The notes below the pieces were generated by a model. That model saw only the letters and a list, made by a program, of their open reading frames with translations, was not told where the DNA came from and made no database searches. Positions 28,888 to 36,047 of a DNA stretch of 64,000 nucleotides are shown here, one piece after another; positions within the stretch are counted from its first letter, which is position 1; each line of letters begins with the position of its first letter. Position numbers and translations under genes: made by a program. This DNA comes from Flavobacteriales bacterium UBA1986 (GTDB lineage: Bacteria > Bacteroidota > Bacteroidia > Flavobacteriales_G > Salibacteraceae), in the NCBI GenBank assembly GCA_002336245.1, contig DDDG01000024.1, positions 45,794-109,793 of the forward strand, written 5' to 3'.

Positions 28888-29502
28888 TTGAGACGCACTG
28901 CCTTAATCTTGAGTTACCTAAGCCACCCTGCCTTTGCTCCGGTGATAGCACTCAGCATTGTACTTACTTCTGAAACTTATGTGTCTGCCAGCCTTGGCCC
29001 CGATCTAAAGAGAATCGCTTTGGGCCTTACCTTCGTGAACACCTTTGTATTGCCACTCCTATTTCTCTCTGCCCTCAAAAGAATCGGGATAGTCAGCAGT
29101 CTGCACCTCGATAAGCGAAAGGAGAGAATCATTCCCATGGCGATGGGTGTTTTCTTCTATGGATTCAACTTTTACCTTTTTTACAGCACTCAATACCCGC
29201 GAATCATTCAGCAATTGGCCCTCGCGATGTTTTTGGTTGCTCTACTCAGCTTGCTGATCACCTTCGTAACGAAACTCAGCATCCATGCCGCCGGCATCGC
29301 AAGCCTCTTCGGTGGGTTACTGGCCTTCTCGAAACTCTTCGGCCTAGACCTCTCATTCGTCTTGGTTTTCATTGCCGTTTTAGCGGGTCTGGTAGGTACT
29401 TCAAGATTGCTTTTAGACGCTCACAATGCAAGTGAACTCAGCCTTGGCTATGTACTCGGCTTTGCGGTTTCGTTTTCGGTGGTGTACTTTGGGTGGGCCT
29501 AA
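28888..29502 (+). CDS. Polytopic membrane protein, distantly PAP2-like
   Basis: 204 aa with about 6 TM, TTG start 1 nt after the rpoN stop. C-terminal SRLLLDAHNASE resembles a degenerate PAP2 SRx5Hx3D motif. Confidence 0.45.
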   Translation: MRRTALILSYLSHPAFAPVIALSIVLTSETYVSASLGPDLKRIALGLTFVNTFVLPLLFLSALKRIGIVSSLHLDKRKERIIPMAMGVFFYGFNFYLFYSTQYPRIIQQLALAMFLVALLSLLITFVTKLSIHAAGIASLFGGLLAFSKLFGLDLSFVLVFIAVLAGLVGTSRLLLDAHNASELSLGYVLGFAVSFSVVYFGWA

Positions 29503-29505
29503 GCT

Positions 29506-30381
29506 CTATAGGAAGTTCTCGAGGTCGTCCATGCGACCGAGGTAGTGCAAATTCCCTTCTTCTTTCATCAATGGCATGAAGCAGGAATACAAATGATCTG
29601 TATCGGGCAATCTTTTCAAGGCCTGAGAAATCAGATTTTTATTGTGTCCTTCCGACTTACTTCCTGAATAGAAAGTGACAACATAATCGGGCTTGAGGTG
29701 CTTCCCGGCTGTAACAACATCCTCAAAAGGAACGTTTTGGCCGAGGTAATAAACTCGATGATTTCGAAGCTTAATGAGGTAATAAGAAATAAGTAAACCA
29801 AGTTCATGGAATTCCTCCTCATGCAGATAGAGTAAGAAGGTTTTTTGAGGGTTTTCTGGCGCTTCAATTCGATCAATTTCCGCGATTACTTTTTGACGAA
29901 TCAAATGGGTGATGAAATGCTCTTGGGCAGGATTGATTTCATCCATGTTCCACATCAAGCCCACTTTGTAAAGAAAGGGGTAAAGTACTTTTTTGTATGC
30001 TTCAGAGAACCCTAGACGCTCCGAAGCTTTCTTAAATATTTTATTGAAGGCGGCTTCATCGAAATCAATCATGGCCACAATCAAATTCTTAATGAACATG
30101 TCGGCTTGCGCATCATGTTCCTTCAATTCGTTCTGGTAACTGCTAAACAAATGATCTTTAAACTCGCCCGGCTTAAGCTTGGCTATTTTGGAGATTTTCA
30201 TTCCTCCATTCAGCAGAACTGTGATGTTCAGCAACTTACGCAGCTCATCATCGGAATAGAACCGGATGTTTGTCTCGGTACGTTCAGGAATGATGAGATC
30301 GTAACGCTGTTCCCAGATACGTAGAGTTCCGGCTTTCACGCCGCTCAACTTTTCTAAATCTTTTATCGAGTACTTGCCCAT
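29506..30381 (-). CDS. MerR-family regulator with CarH/LitR-type cobalamin-binding domain
   Basis: MerR HTH (YSIKDLEKLSGVKAGTLRIWEQRY). Wx9EH motif (WNMDEINPAQEH). ExHxxG lower-ligand motif (EFHELG) followed by a Rossmann-like YYLGQNVP. Confidence 0.75.
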   Translation of the reverse strand: MGKYSIKDLEKLSGVKAGTLRIWEQRYDLIIPERTETNIRFYSDDELRKLLNITVLLNGGMKISKIAKLKPGEFKDHLFSSYQNELKEHDAQADMFIKNLIVAMIDFDEAAFNKIFKKASERLGFSEAYKKVLYPFLYKVGLMWNMDEINPAQEHFITHLIRQKVIAEIDRIEAPENPQKTFLLYLHEEEFHELGLLISYYLIKLRNHRVYYLGQNVPFEDVVTAGKHLKPDYVVTFYSGSKSEGHNKNLISQALKRLPDTDHLYSCFMPLMKEEGNLHYLGRMDDLENFL

Positions 30382-30465
30382 CTGTAGTGTGTTTCAAACT
30401 CTTTAACAGACATGAGGCCTATTGGTTCGTTCCAAGCCATTTTTATTTCGACTTATGTTTGAAGA

Positions 30466-32262
30466 GTGAATAGCCAACTCAAAGAAAAAGTTCAAAATCT
30501 TCCGCAGAAACCTGGAGTCTACCAGTACTTCGACGCCGAGGGAACCATCATCTATGTTGGAAAGGCCAAGCGTCTCAAAAATCGGGTTAGTTCGTATTTT
30601 AATAAAGACAAGCATCAATCAGGAAAGAAGGCTCTTTTAGTTCGCAAAATTGTCGATCTCAAGTTCATTCTAGTGAACACTGAGTACGAGGCTTTGCTGT
30701 TGGAGAATTCACTGATCAAAAAATACAAACCTCGCTACAACATCCAATGGCGCGACGATAAAAGTTATCCCTATATCTGTATAAAAAAGGAACGCTTCCC
30801 ACGCATCTTTGCTACGCGCCAGATGGTAAAAGACGGCTCGCTCTATTTCGGTCCTTACGCTTCCGCCAAAATGATGCACGCCATGCTCGACTTGATTCGG
30901 AAGCTGCATAAATTCAGGACATGCAGCTTAAACCTTTCGGACGAAAACATCCAAGCCAAAAAATTCAAAGTTTGCCTCGAGTATCAAATAGGCAATTGCT
31001 TGGGCCCTTGCGAGGGTCTTCAATCGATCGCAGACTACGACCAAAGTGTTGAAAACGTCAAAAAACTACTGAAAGGAAGCGTCTCGGATTTGATCTCTGA
31101 GTACAAAACTGAGATGAAAACCGCCGCTGAAACCATGCTCTTTGAACGGGCCAATGAAATGAAGGAACGGGTAGAAATGCTCGAGCATTTTCGTGAGCGA
31201 AGTGTTGTTGTGCACCCAAACATTGACGATGTAGACGTTTTTGCTCTAGAGCAAGACGATAAGTTCGCCTACGCCGCATTTCTAAAAATCGTGAAAGGGG
31301 CCATCATCCAATCGCACACTTTAGAGATGCGTAAAAACGCCACTGAAAATGCCCAAGAGCTTTTGATCTCGGCTGTCATTGAATTGAGAAATCGCTTTAA
31401 AAGCACTGCCAAGGAAATCTTTTTGCCTTTTGAAACTGGTGTTGAACTTCCCGAAGTGAAGAGTTTTGTCCCTCAACGTGGAGACAAAAGAAAGCTCCTC
31501 TTCCTGGCGAAGAAGAACGCGATGCAATTCATGAAAGATCGGCACCGCAAACAAGAGCAAGTTGATCCCGACCGAAGATCAAATCGAATTTTGACTGGTC
31601 TGCAAAAGGATCTCAACATGAAAGAACTTCCATATCACATTGAGTGTTTCGATAATTCAAATTTTCAAGGAAGCAATCCGGTAGCTGCTTGTGTAGTTTT
31701 TAAAAATGCCAAGGCCTCTAAAAAGGATTACCGCCACTTCAACATAAAGACGGTTGTTGGTCCAGACGATTTCGCATCCATGACAGAAGTTGTTTTTCGG
31801 AGATACAAAAGGCTGCTGGCCGAGAAACAAGATCTTCCGCAACTGATTGTCATCGATGGTGGTAAGGGCCAGCTTTCAGCAGCATACGAGAGCTTAGTTG
31901 AGCTGGGTCTTGAGAAGAAAATTTCAATCATAGGAATAGCCAAGAAGCTCGAAGAAATATTCATTCCCTTTGAAAGCATTCCTTTATACATCGATAAAAA
32001 ATCAGAATCCCTCAAACTGATTCAAATGCTAAGGAACGAGGCGCACCGATTTGGAATCACACATCATCGAAATCAGCGAAGCAAATCGAGTCTTAAGTCG
32101 GGCTTAACAGAGATCAAGGGCATTGGTGAATCCACTTCAACGGAATTGCTGCGGAAATTTAAGTCCTTAAAGCGCGTGAAGGAAGCCAGCATCGAAGAGC
32201 TGACGGAACTTATAGGACCATCAAAGGCTAAAATTGTACACAAAAGCTTGCATACAAAATAG
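30466..32262 (+). CDS. uvrC: Excinuclease ABC subunit C
   Basis: 598 aa. GIY-YIG N-terminus (GVYQYFD ... IIYVGKAKRLKNRV), UvrBC domain, C-terminal HhH. GTG start. Confidence 0.95.
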   Translation: MNSQLKEKVQNLPQKPGVYQYFDAEGTIIYVGKAKRLKNRVSSYFNKDKHQSGKKALLVRKIVDLKFILVNTEYEALLLENSLIKKYKPRYNIQWRDDKSYPYICIKKERFPRIFATRQMVKDGSLYFGPYASAKMMHAMLDLIRKLHKFRTCSLNLSDENIQAKKFKVCLEYQIGNCLGPCEGLQSIADYDQSVENVKKLLKGSVSDLISEYKTEMKTAAETMLFERANEMKERVEMLEHFRERSVVVHPNIDDVDVFALEQDDKFAYAAFLKIVKGAIIQSHTLEMRKNATENAQELLISAVIELRNRFKSTAKEIFLPFETGVELPEVKSFVPQRGDKRKLLFLAKKNAMQFMKDRHRKQEQVDPDRRSNRILTGLQKDLNMKELPYHIECFDNSNFQGSNPVAACVVFKNAKASKKDYRHFNIKTVVGPDDFASMTEVVFRRYKRLLAEKQDLPQLIVIDGGKGQLSAAYESLVELGLEKKISIIGIAKKLEEIFIPFESIPLYIDKKSESLKLIQMLRNEAHRFGITHHRNQRSKSSLKSGLTEIKGIGESTSTELLRKFKSLKRVKEASIEELTELIGPSKAKIVHKSLHTK

Positions 32263-32273
32263 ACCAAAGAGTC

Positions 32274-32939
32274 TTAATCTGCCGCGACTCTCTTTGCTTT
32301 TCTCTTGCCATCCACTTTCCGCTGCCAATAAACAATCACAGGCACAAATAGTAAAGTTGGCCCCAGCCAAGTCACTAAATTCGGTAGGAACGCGAGAGCG
32401 GTAACACAAAATGCCGTGAATGTGGCAATGTAGCCGCCGATCATTCCCCCGATGTGTTTCTTCAACCAAACTTTGTAAGTAACCTTTTCCTTTCTCAGAG
32501 TAAGAATGTTTTGAATCGACCCTGCCAGCCCCACTCCTCCAAACACAAAACAAATGGTAGCAAAAGAGAAAGAATTGTTTCTCGCCAAGAGATAAAAACC
32601 AAAAGCGATCAAGCCCAGATTGAAAGCAAAAGAAACCCAGTGCAGAGCCTTGTCCCAAAAGTTTTGCTTCTCACGGCGCATAAACTTATAGGCTTGTTTT
32701 CCTGAAAGCACCAAATAGTATGAGAACACCCCAACTAAAAATAGGAATATGAGTTTGCCAATAATTGCGAGCAGGATCGCCGATGCAAATACGGCCGTCA
32801 TTGACCAGAAATACCATTGACCAATGCGCTTGTGTTTTGCCGTTCCCTTTTCTAAGATCATGGCTAGACTACCTGTGAATAAGCTGCTGAAGCCTGCCGT
32901 TACATGAAGTACTAAAAGTGTGTTTTTCAAGACTTCCAT
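32274..32939 (-). CDS. Polytopic membrane protein of unknown function
   Basis: 221 aa with about 6 TM segments. No family recognised with confidence. Confidence 0.55.
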   Translation of the reverse strand: MEVLKNTLLVLHVTAGFSSLFTGSLAMILEKGTAKHKRIGQWYFWSMTAVFASAILLAIIGKLIFLFLVGVFSYYLVLSGKQAYKFMRREKQNFWDKALHWVSFAFNLGLIAFGFYLLARNNSFSFATICFVFGGVGLAGSIQNILTLRKEKVTYKVWLKKHIGGMIGGYIATFTAFCVTALAFLPNLVTWLGPTLLFVPVIVYWQRKVDGKRKAKRVAAD

Positions 32940-33040
32940 AGTGTTCTAGTTTAAATTCGAAAACGAATCTAAGCTGGTACAACTAAGCCTGAAAATTCTT
33001 GGTAAGAAGAGCGGATTTTTGGTGCGATTGTACAGCCTGT

Positions 33041-33068
33041 GGGACGAAAGGCAATCATAAGGGACGAA
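33041..33068. promoter_or_regulatory. Two perfect 8-bp direct repeats (GGGACGAA) separated by 12 bp; candidate LytTR box
   Basis: Copies at 33041-33048 and 33061-33068. They lie 21-48 nt downstream of the LytTR gene stop and about 100-130 nt upstream of the 32939 membrane-protein start. Confidence 0.35.
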
Positions 33069-33088
33069 CAGCAAGGGCTGGCGTATAA

Positions 33089-33949
33089 CTAGGGTCGGAT
33101 TAAAGCGCGAAATTCTTCCACCTTTTGACGTGAAACCGGAACGTTCAAATCAGTTCCGCCAATATTCAAGCTGTATCCTGCCGAGTTGCCGCTGATGTTT
33201 TCCACGCAATCGAGGTTCACGACGTAGGTTCTATGGCAGCGAAAAAAGGAAGGGTGACCCTGAAGAGTCTCTTCCATGCGTTTCATGGAATTCCGCATAA
33301 CTTGACGATCGAATCCATGTTCAATTCGAATATAGAGGTCAACATAATTGTTCGTCGATTCAAGAAAGAGCAGATCATTGAGATTTACCTCCAAACGATC
33401 TTTTCCGTTCTCTGCAACAAATTCGATCAAGTCTTCATCCTTTTGACTGCCTTCTTTTTTCACTTGAAACTGACTGTTCATCTGCTGAGCTTCAGCTAGG
33501 TTCTTCTTCAACCTTCGAATCTGACTCAGAAAAATAACCAAGGTTAAGGGGATGCTTCCAACAGCAATGGTGATGAAGAATATGGCGGCAAAGTTTTGAA
33601 CATTAAAGTGATCTCCGAATAGAAAGAGATTGTACGTCCAGTTACCAATGGCAATGGTTCCAAAGTTCCATAGGCTCCAGATGATCTCCTTCCAAATGAC
33701 CCAGTTCTCCTCTTTAAAACCGAACATTTGGAACAACAACCAATTCAAATGCATGATTGAAAATGTCACCATAGAATAGCCCAAGGTAATCGGAAGGATT
33801 TTTTCCGCTTGAATGCCATCCATGCCAAAGGGCTTAAAAACGAAGAGTAAGCCAAATACAAAGGCCGAGATGATGACCGCTACGCGCAAAAACGAGCGGT
33901 AGCTAGTGTCGTAGCCATAGGGCTCACTAAGTTTTTGGAAAAAATTCAT
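33089..33949 (-). CDS. Membrane-anchored LytTR-domain DNA-binding protein
   Basis: The N-terminal ~150 aa carry 4-5 TM segments. C-terminal LytTR domain (LFLESTNNYVDLY ... FFRCHRTYVVNL ... VPVSRQ). No receiver domain. Confidence 0.8.
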   Translation of the reverse strand: MNFFQKLSEPYGYDTSYRSFLRVAVIISAFVFGLLFVFKPFGMDGIQAEKILPITLGYSMVTFSIMHLNWLLFQMFGFKEENWVIWKEIIWSLWNFGTIAIGNWTYNLFLFGDHFNVQNFAAIFFITIAVGSIPLTLVIFLSQIRRLKKNLAEAQQMNSQFQVKKEGSQKDEDLIEFVAENGKDRLEVNLNDLLFLESTNNYVDLYIRIEHGFDRQVMRNSMKRMEETLQGHPSFFRCHRTYVVNLDCVENISGNSAGYSLNIGGTDLNVPVSRQKVEEFRALIRP

Positions 33950-34043
33950 CTATTGACCTTGGTCCTAAGTCCGTGAAATTAGAGGAAATTATCAAGACTC
34001 TTTTCGCACGAATAATTCATAATTTCGCCCCGCGATTGCAGCA

Positions 34044-35186
34044 ATGAAATTCGGAACCAAAACCATTCATGCGGGACTTCATCCAGATCCCGAAACTGGA
34101 GCCATCATGACTCCAATCTATCAAACCACAACCTACGTTCAAGCCCGTCCGGGTGATCACAGAGGTTACGAATATTCAAGAACAGGAAACCCAACTCGGC
34201 ATGCTCTTGAAAGTAATTTGGCTGCCCTAGAAAACGGGAAGCACGGTCTCTGTTTTGGCAGTGGAATGGCCGCAATTGATGCGGTTGCAAAGCTGCTGAA
34301 CCAAGGGGACGAAGTCATCAGCACGAACGACTTGTACGGAGGAACCTATCGACTTTTCACCAAAATCTACGAGCGCCTTGGCTTGAAGTTTCAGTTTACC
34401 TCTATGGCAGACCCTTCGGCCGTTGAAGCATTGGTAAACGAAAAAACGAAGATGCTTTGGATTGAAACTCCAACAAATCCGATGATGAACATCATCGACA
34501 TCCAAGCAATGGTAACCATTGGGAAAAAGCACGACTTAATCGTTTGTGTCGACAACACCTTTGCCACCCCTTACCTGCAGCGGCCTTTGGATTTGGGTGC
34601 TGACATCGTGATGCACTCTGCTACCAAATATTTGGGCGGACACTCGGATGTAGTAATGGGCGCGTTGATTAGCTCGAATGATGAGCTTGCGGAGCGATTG
34701 TATTTCATTCAAAACAGCTCAGGTGCCATTTGTGGTCCAATGGATTCATTCCTTGTTCTTCGAGGGATAAAAACCCTGCATCTCAGAATGCAACGGCATT
34801 CAGAAAATGGAAGAACAATTGCCGAGTTCTTAAAGAACCATCCGGAAGTCGAGAAAGTGTACTGGCCCGGATTTGAAGATCACCCAAATCATCAGATTGC
34901 AAAAAAGCAGATGGACGATTTTGGCGGCATGATTTCTTTCGTGGCAAAAGGAAACGACTACGAGAAAGCCATCCGAGTTGTGTCGTCAGTAAGGGTGTTC
35001 AGCCTTGCTGAATCTTTGGGAGGTGTTGAGTCTCTTTGTGGACACCCAGCCTCTATGACACACGCTTCTATTCCAAAAGAAGAACGCGAAAAAAATGGAA
35101 TTGTAGACGCTTTGATTCGTCTTTCGGTAGGAATTGAAGACATCGAAGATCTCAAAGCGGATTTAGATCAAGCATTGAAAAGTTAA
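34044..35186 (+). CDS. Cys/Met-metabolism PLP enzyme (cystathionine gamma-synthase / beta-lyase family)
   Basis: 380 aa. SATKYLGGHSD contains the PLP lysine. N-terminal TKTIHAG. Confidence 0.9.
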   Translation: MKFGTKTIHAGLHPDPETGAIMTPIYQTTTYVQARPGDHRGYEYSRTGNPTRHALESNLAALENGKHGLCFGSGMAAIDAVAKLLNQGDEVISTNDLYGGTYRLFTKIYERLGLKFQFTSMADPSAVEALVNEKTKMLWIETPTNPMMNIIDIQAMVTIGKKHDLIVCVDNTFATPYLQRPLDLGADIVMHSATKYLGGHSDVVMGALISSNDELAERLYFIQNSSGAICGPMDSFLVLRGIKTLHLRMQRHSENGRTIAEFLKNHPEVEKVYWPGFEDHPNHQIAKKQMDDFGGMISFVAKGNDYEKAIRVVSSVRVFSLAESLGGVESLCGHPASMTHASIPKEEREKNGIVDALIRLSVGIEDIEDLKADLDQALKS

Positions 35187-35187
35187 T

Positions 35188-35892
35188 ATGGGAGTAAGTA
35201 AATATGCCGTGATCGGCTTGGGTCATTTCGGAAATGAAATAGCCCGCGAACTTGCCGAAAGAGGCGCACAGGTTTTGGCCATCGACAACGACGAGTCGCA
35301 CATTGAGAAAATTAAAGATGACGTGGCTTATAGTGTAACTATGGATTCCACGGATAGAAAAGCCCTGCACACTCAAGGTCTTTCAGATATGGATGCCGTT
35401 GTGGTTGCTATTGGTGCTGATTTTGAGGCACTATTGCTCACCACCGTTTATTTAATGGAGATGAATGTGAAGCGAATCATCGCTCGTGCCAACGGATTGC
35501 AGCAGAGAAAAATTCTGGAGCAAATGGGGGTTGAAGAAATCCTATCTCCAGAAAAAGAAGTTGCTGTTAACCTTGCGGAAAGACTGCTAAACCCAAGCAT
35601 TCTAAATTATTTACAGCTTCCCGACAATTACGAAATCGTTGAAATAAAAAGTCCGAGGCGCATCATAGGAAGGAAAATTGTGGACCTCGATATGAGGAAT
35701 AAATACAAGATCAACCTCATCACCATCAAGCGCGAATTCATCGACACCATCAATGGAGAGGAGTGTTGCGAAACGCACACTTTGGGGGTTCCCAATTCAA
35801 AGACGGAAATTTTTGAGAGCGATACTTTGGTTGTCTTCGGGCAAGTAAAAGACATCGAACGATTCATGGAAATCAATTGGACCTTTCACTGA
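35188..35892 (+). CDS. TrkA/KtrA-type RCK domain potassium-transport regulatory subunit
   Basis: GxGxxG NAD fold (VIGLGHFGNEIA) followed by a TrkA-C domain. 1-nt gap after the preceding gene. Confidence 0.85.
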   Translation: MGVSKYAVIGLGHFGNEIARELAERGAQVLAIDNDESHIEKIKDDVAYSVTMDSTDRKALHTQGLSDMDAVVVAIGADFEALLLTTVYLMEMNVKRIIARANGLQQRKILEQMGVEEILSPEKEVAVNLAERLLNPSILNYLQLPDNYEIVEIKSPRRIIGRKIVDLDMRNKYKINLITIKREFIDTINGEECCETHTLGVPNSKTEIFESDTLVVFGQVKDIERFMEINWTFH

Positions 35893-36009
35893 TTTTGTGC
35901 CGCATTCCTGAACATTCTTCGAAGACTTCCGTTTGGGATTTGTTGTTTCGTACATCTTTTGACATTTGTCACGCTTATCAATTAGTCTGAATTTTTTAGG
36001 CTAAAGACG

Positions 36010-36017
36010 TACATTTG
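36010..36017 (+). promoter_or_regulatory. Candidate -7 box (TACATTTG) for the M43 protease gene
   Basis: Exact TAnnTTTG 30 nt upstream of the ATG at 36048. It overlaps the ORF-track TTG start at 36015. Confidence 0.35.
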
Positions 36018-36047
36018 GAGCTCTACACGTCCAAAAAAAAGGATTTT

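Noticed and set aside
30454-30461. TATGTTTG -7-like box just before uvrC.
   Set aside because: It is only 4 nt from the GTG start, so the transcript would begin at or after the start codon. It is probably a chance match, or it belongs to a different start that I cannot identify.
32221-32658. 145-aa minus-strand ORF overlapping the 32274-32939 gene in another frame.
   Set aside because: The 221-aa frame has regular TM periodicity and a sensible start. The 145-aa frame is Cys/Arg/Gly-rich with no features.
33950-34043. Possible SAM or other riboswitch upstream of the Cys/Met PLP enzyme.
   Set aside because: The spacer is only 94 nt and is shared with a divergent gene. I could not find the conserved SAM-I/SAM-II core helices by eye. 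An Rfam scan would be needed to overturn this.
35960-35971. Palindrome TGACA-TT-TGTCA upstream of the M43 protease gene.
   Set aside because: 5-bp arms are expected dozens of times per window by chance, and there is no second copy or known regulator context.
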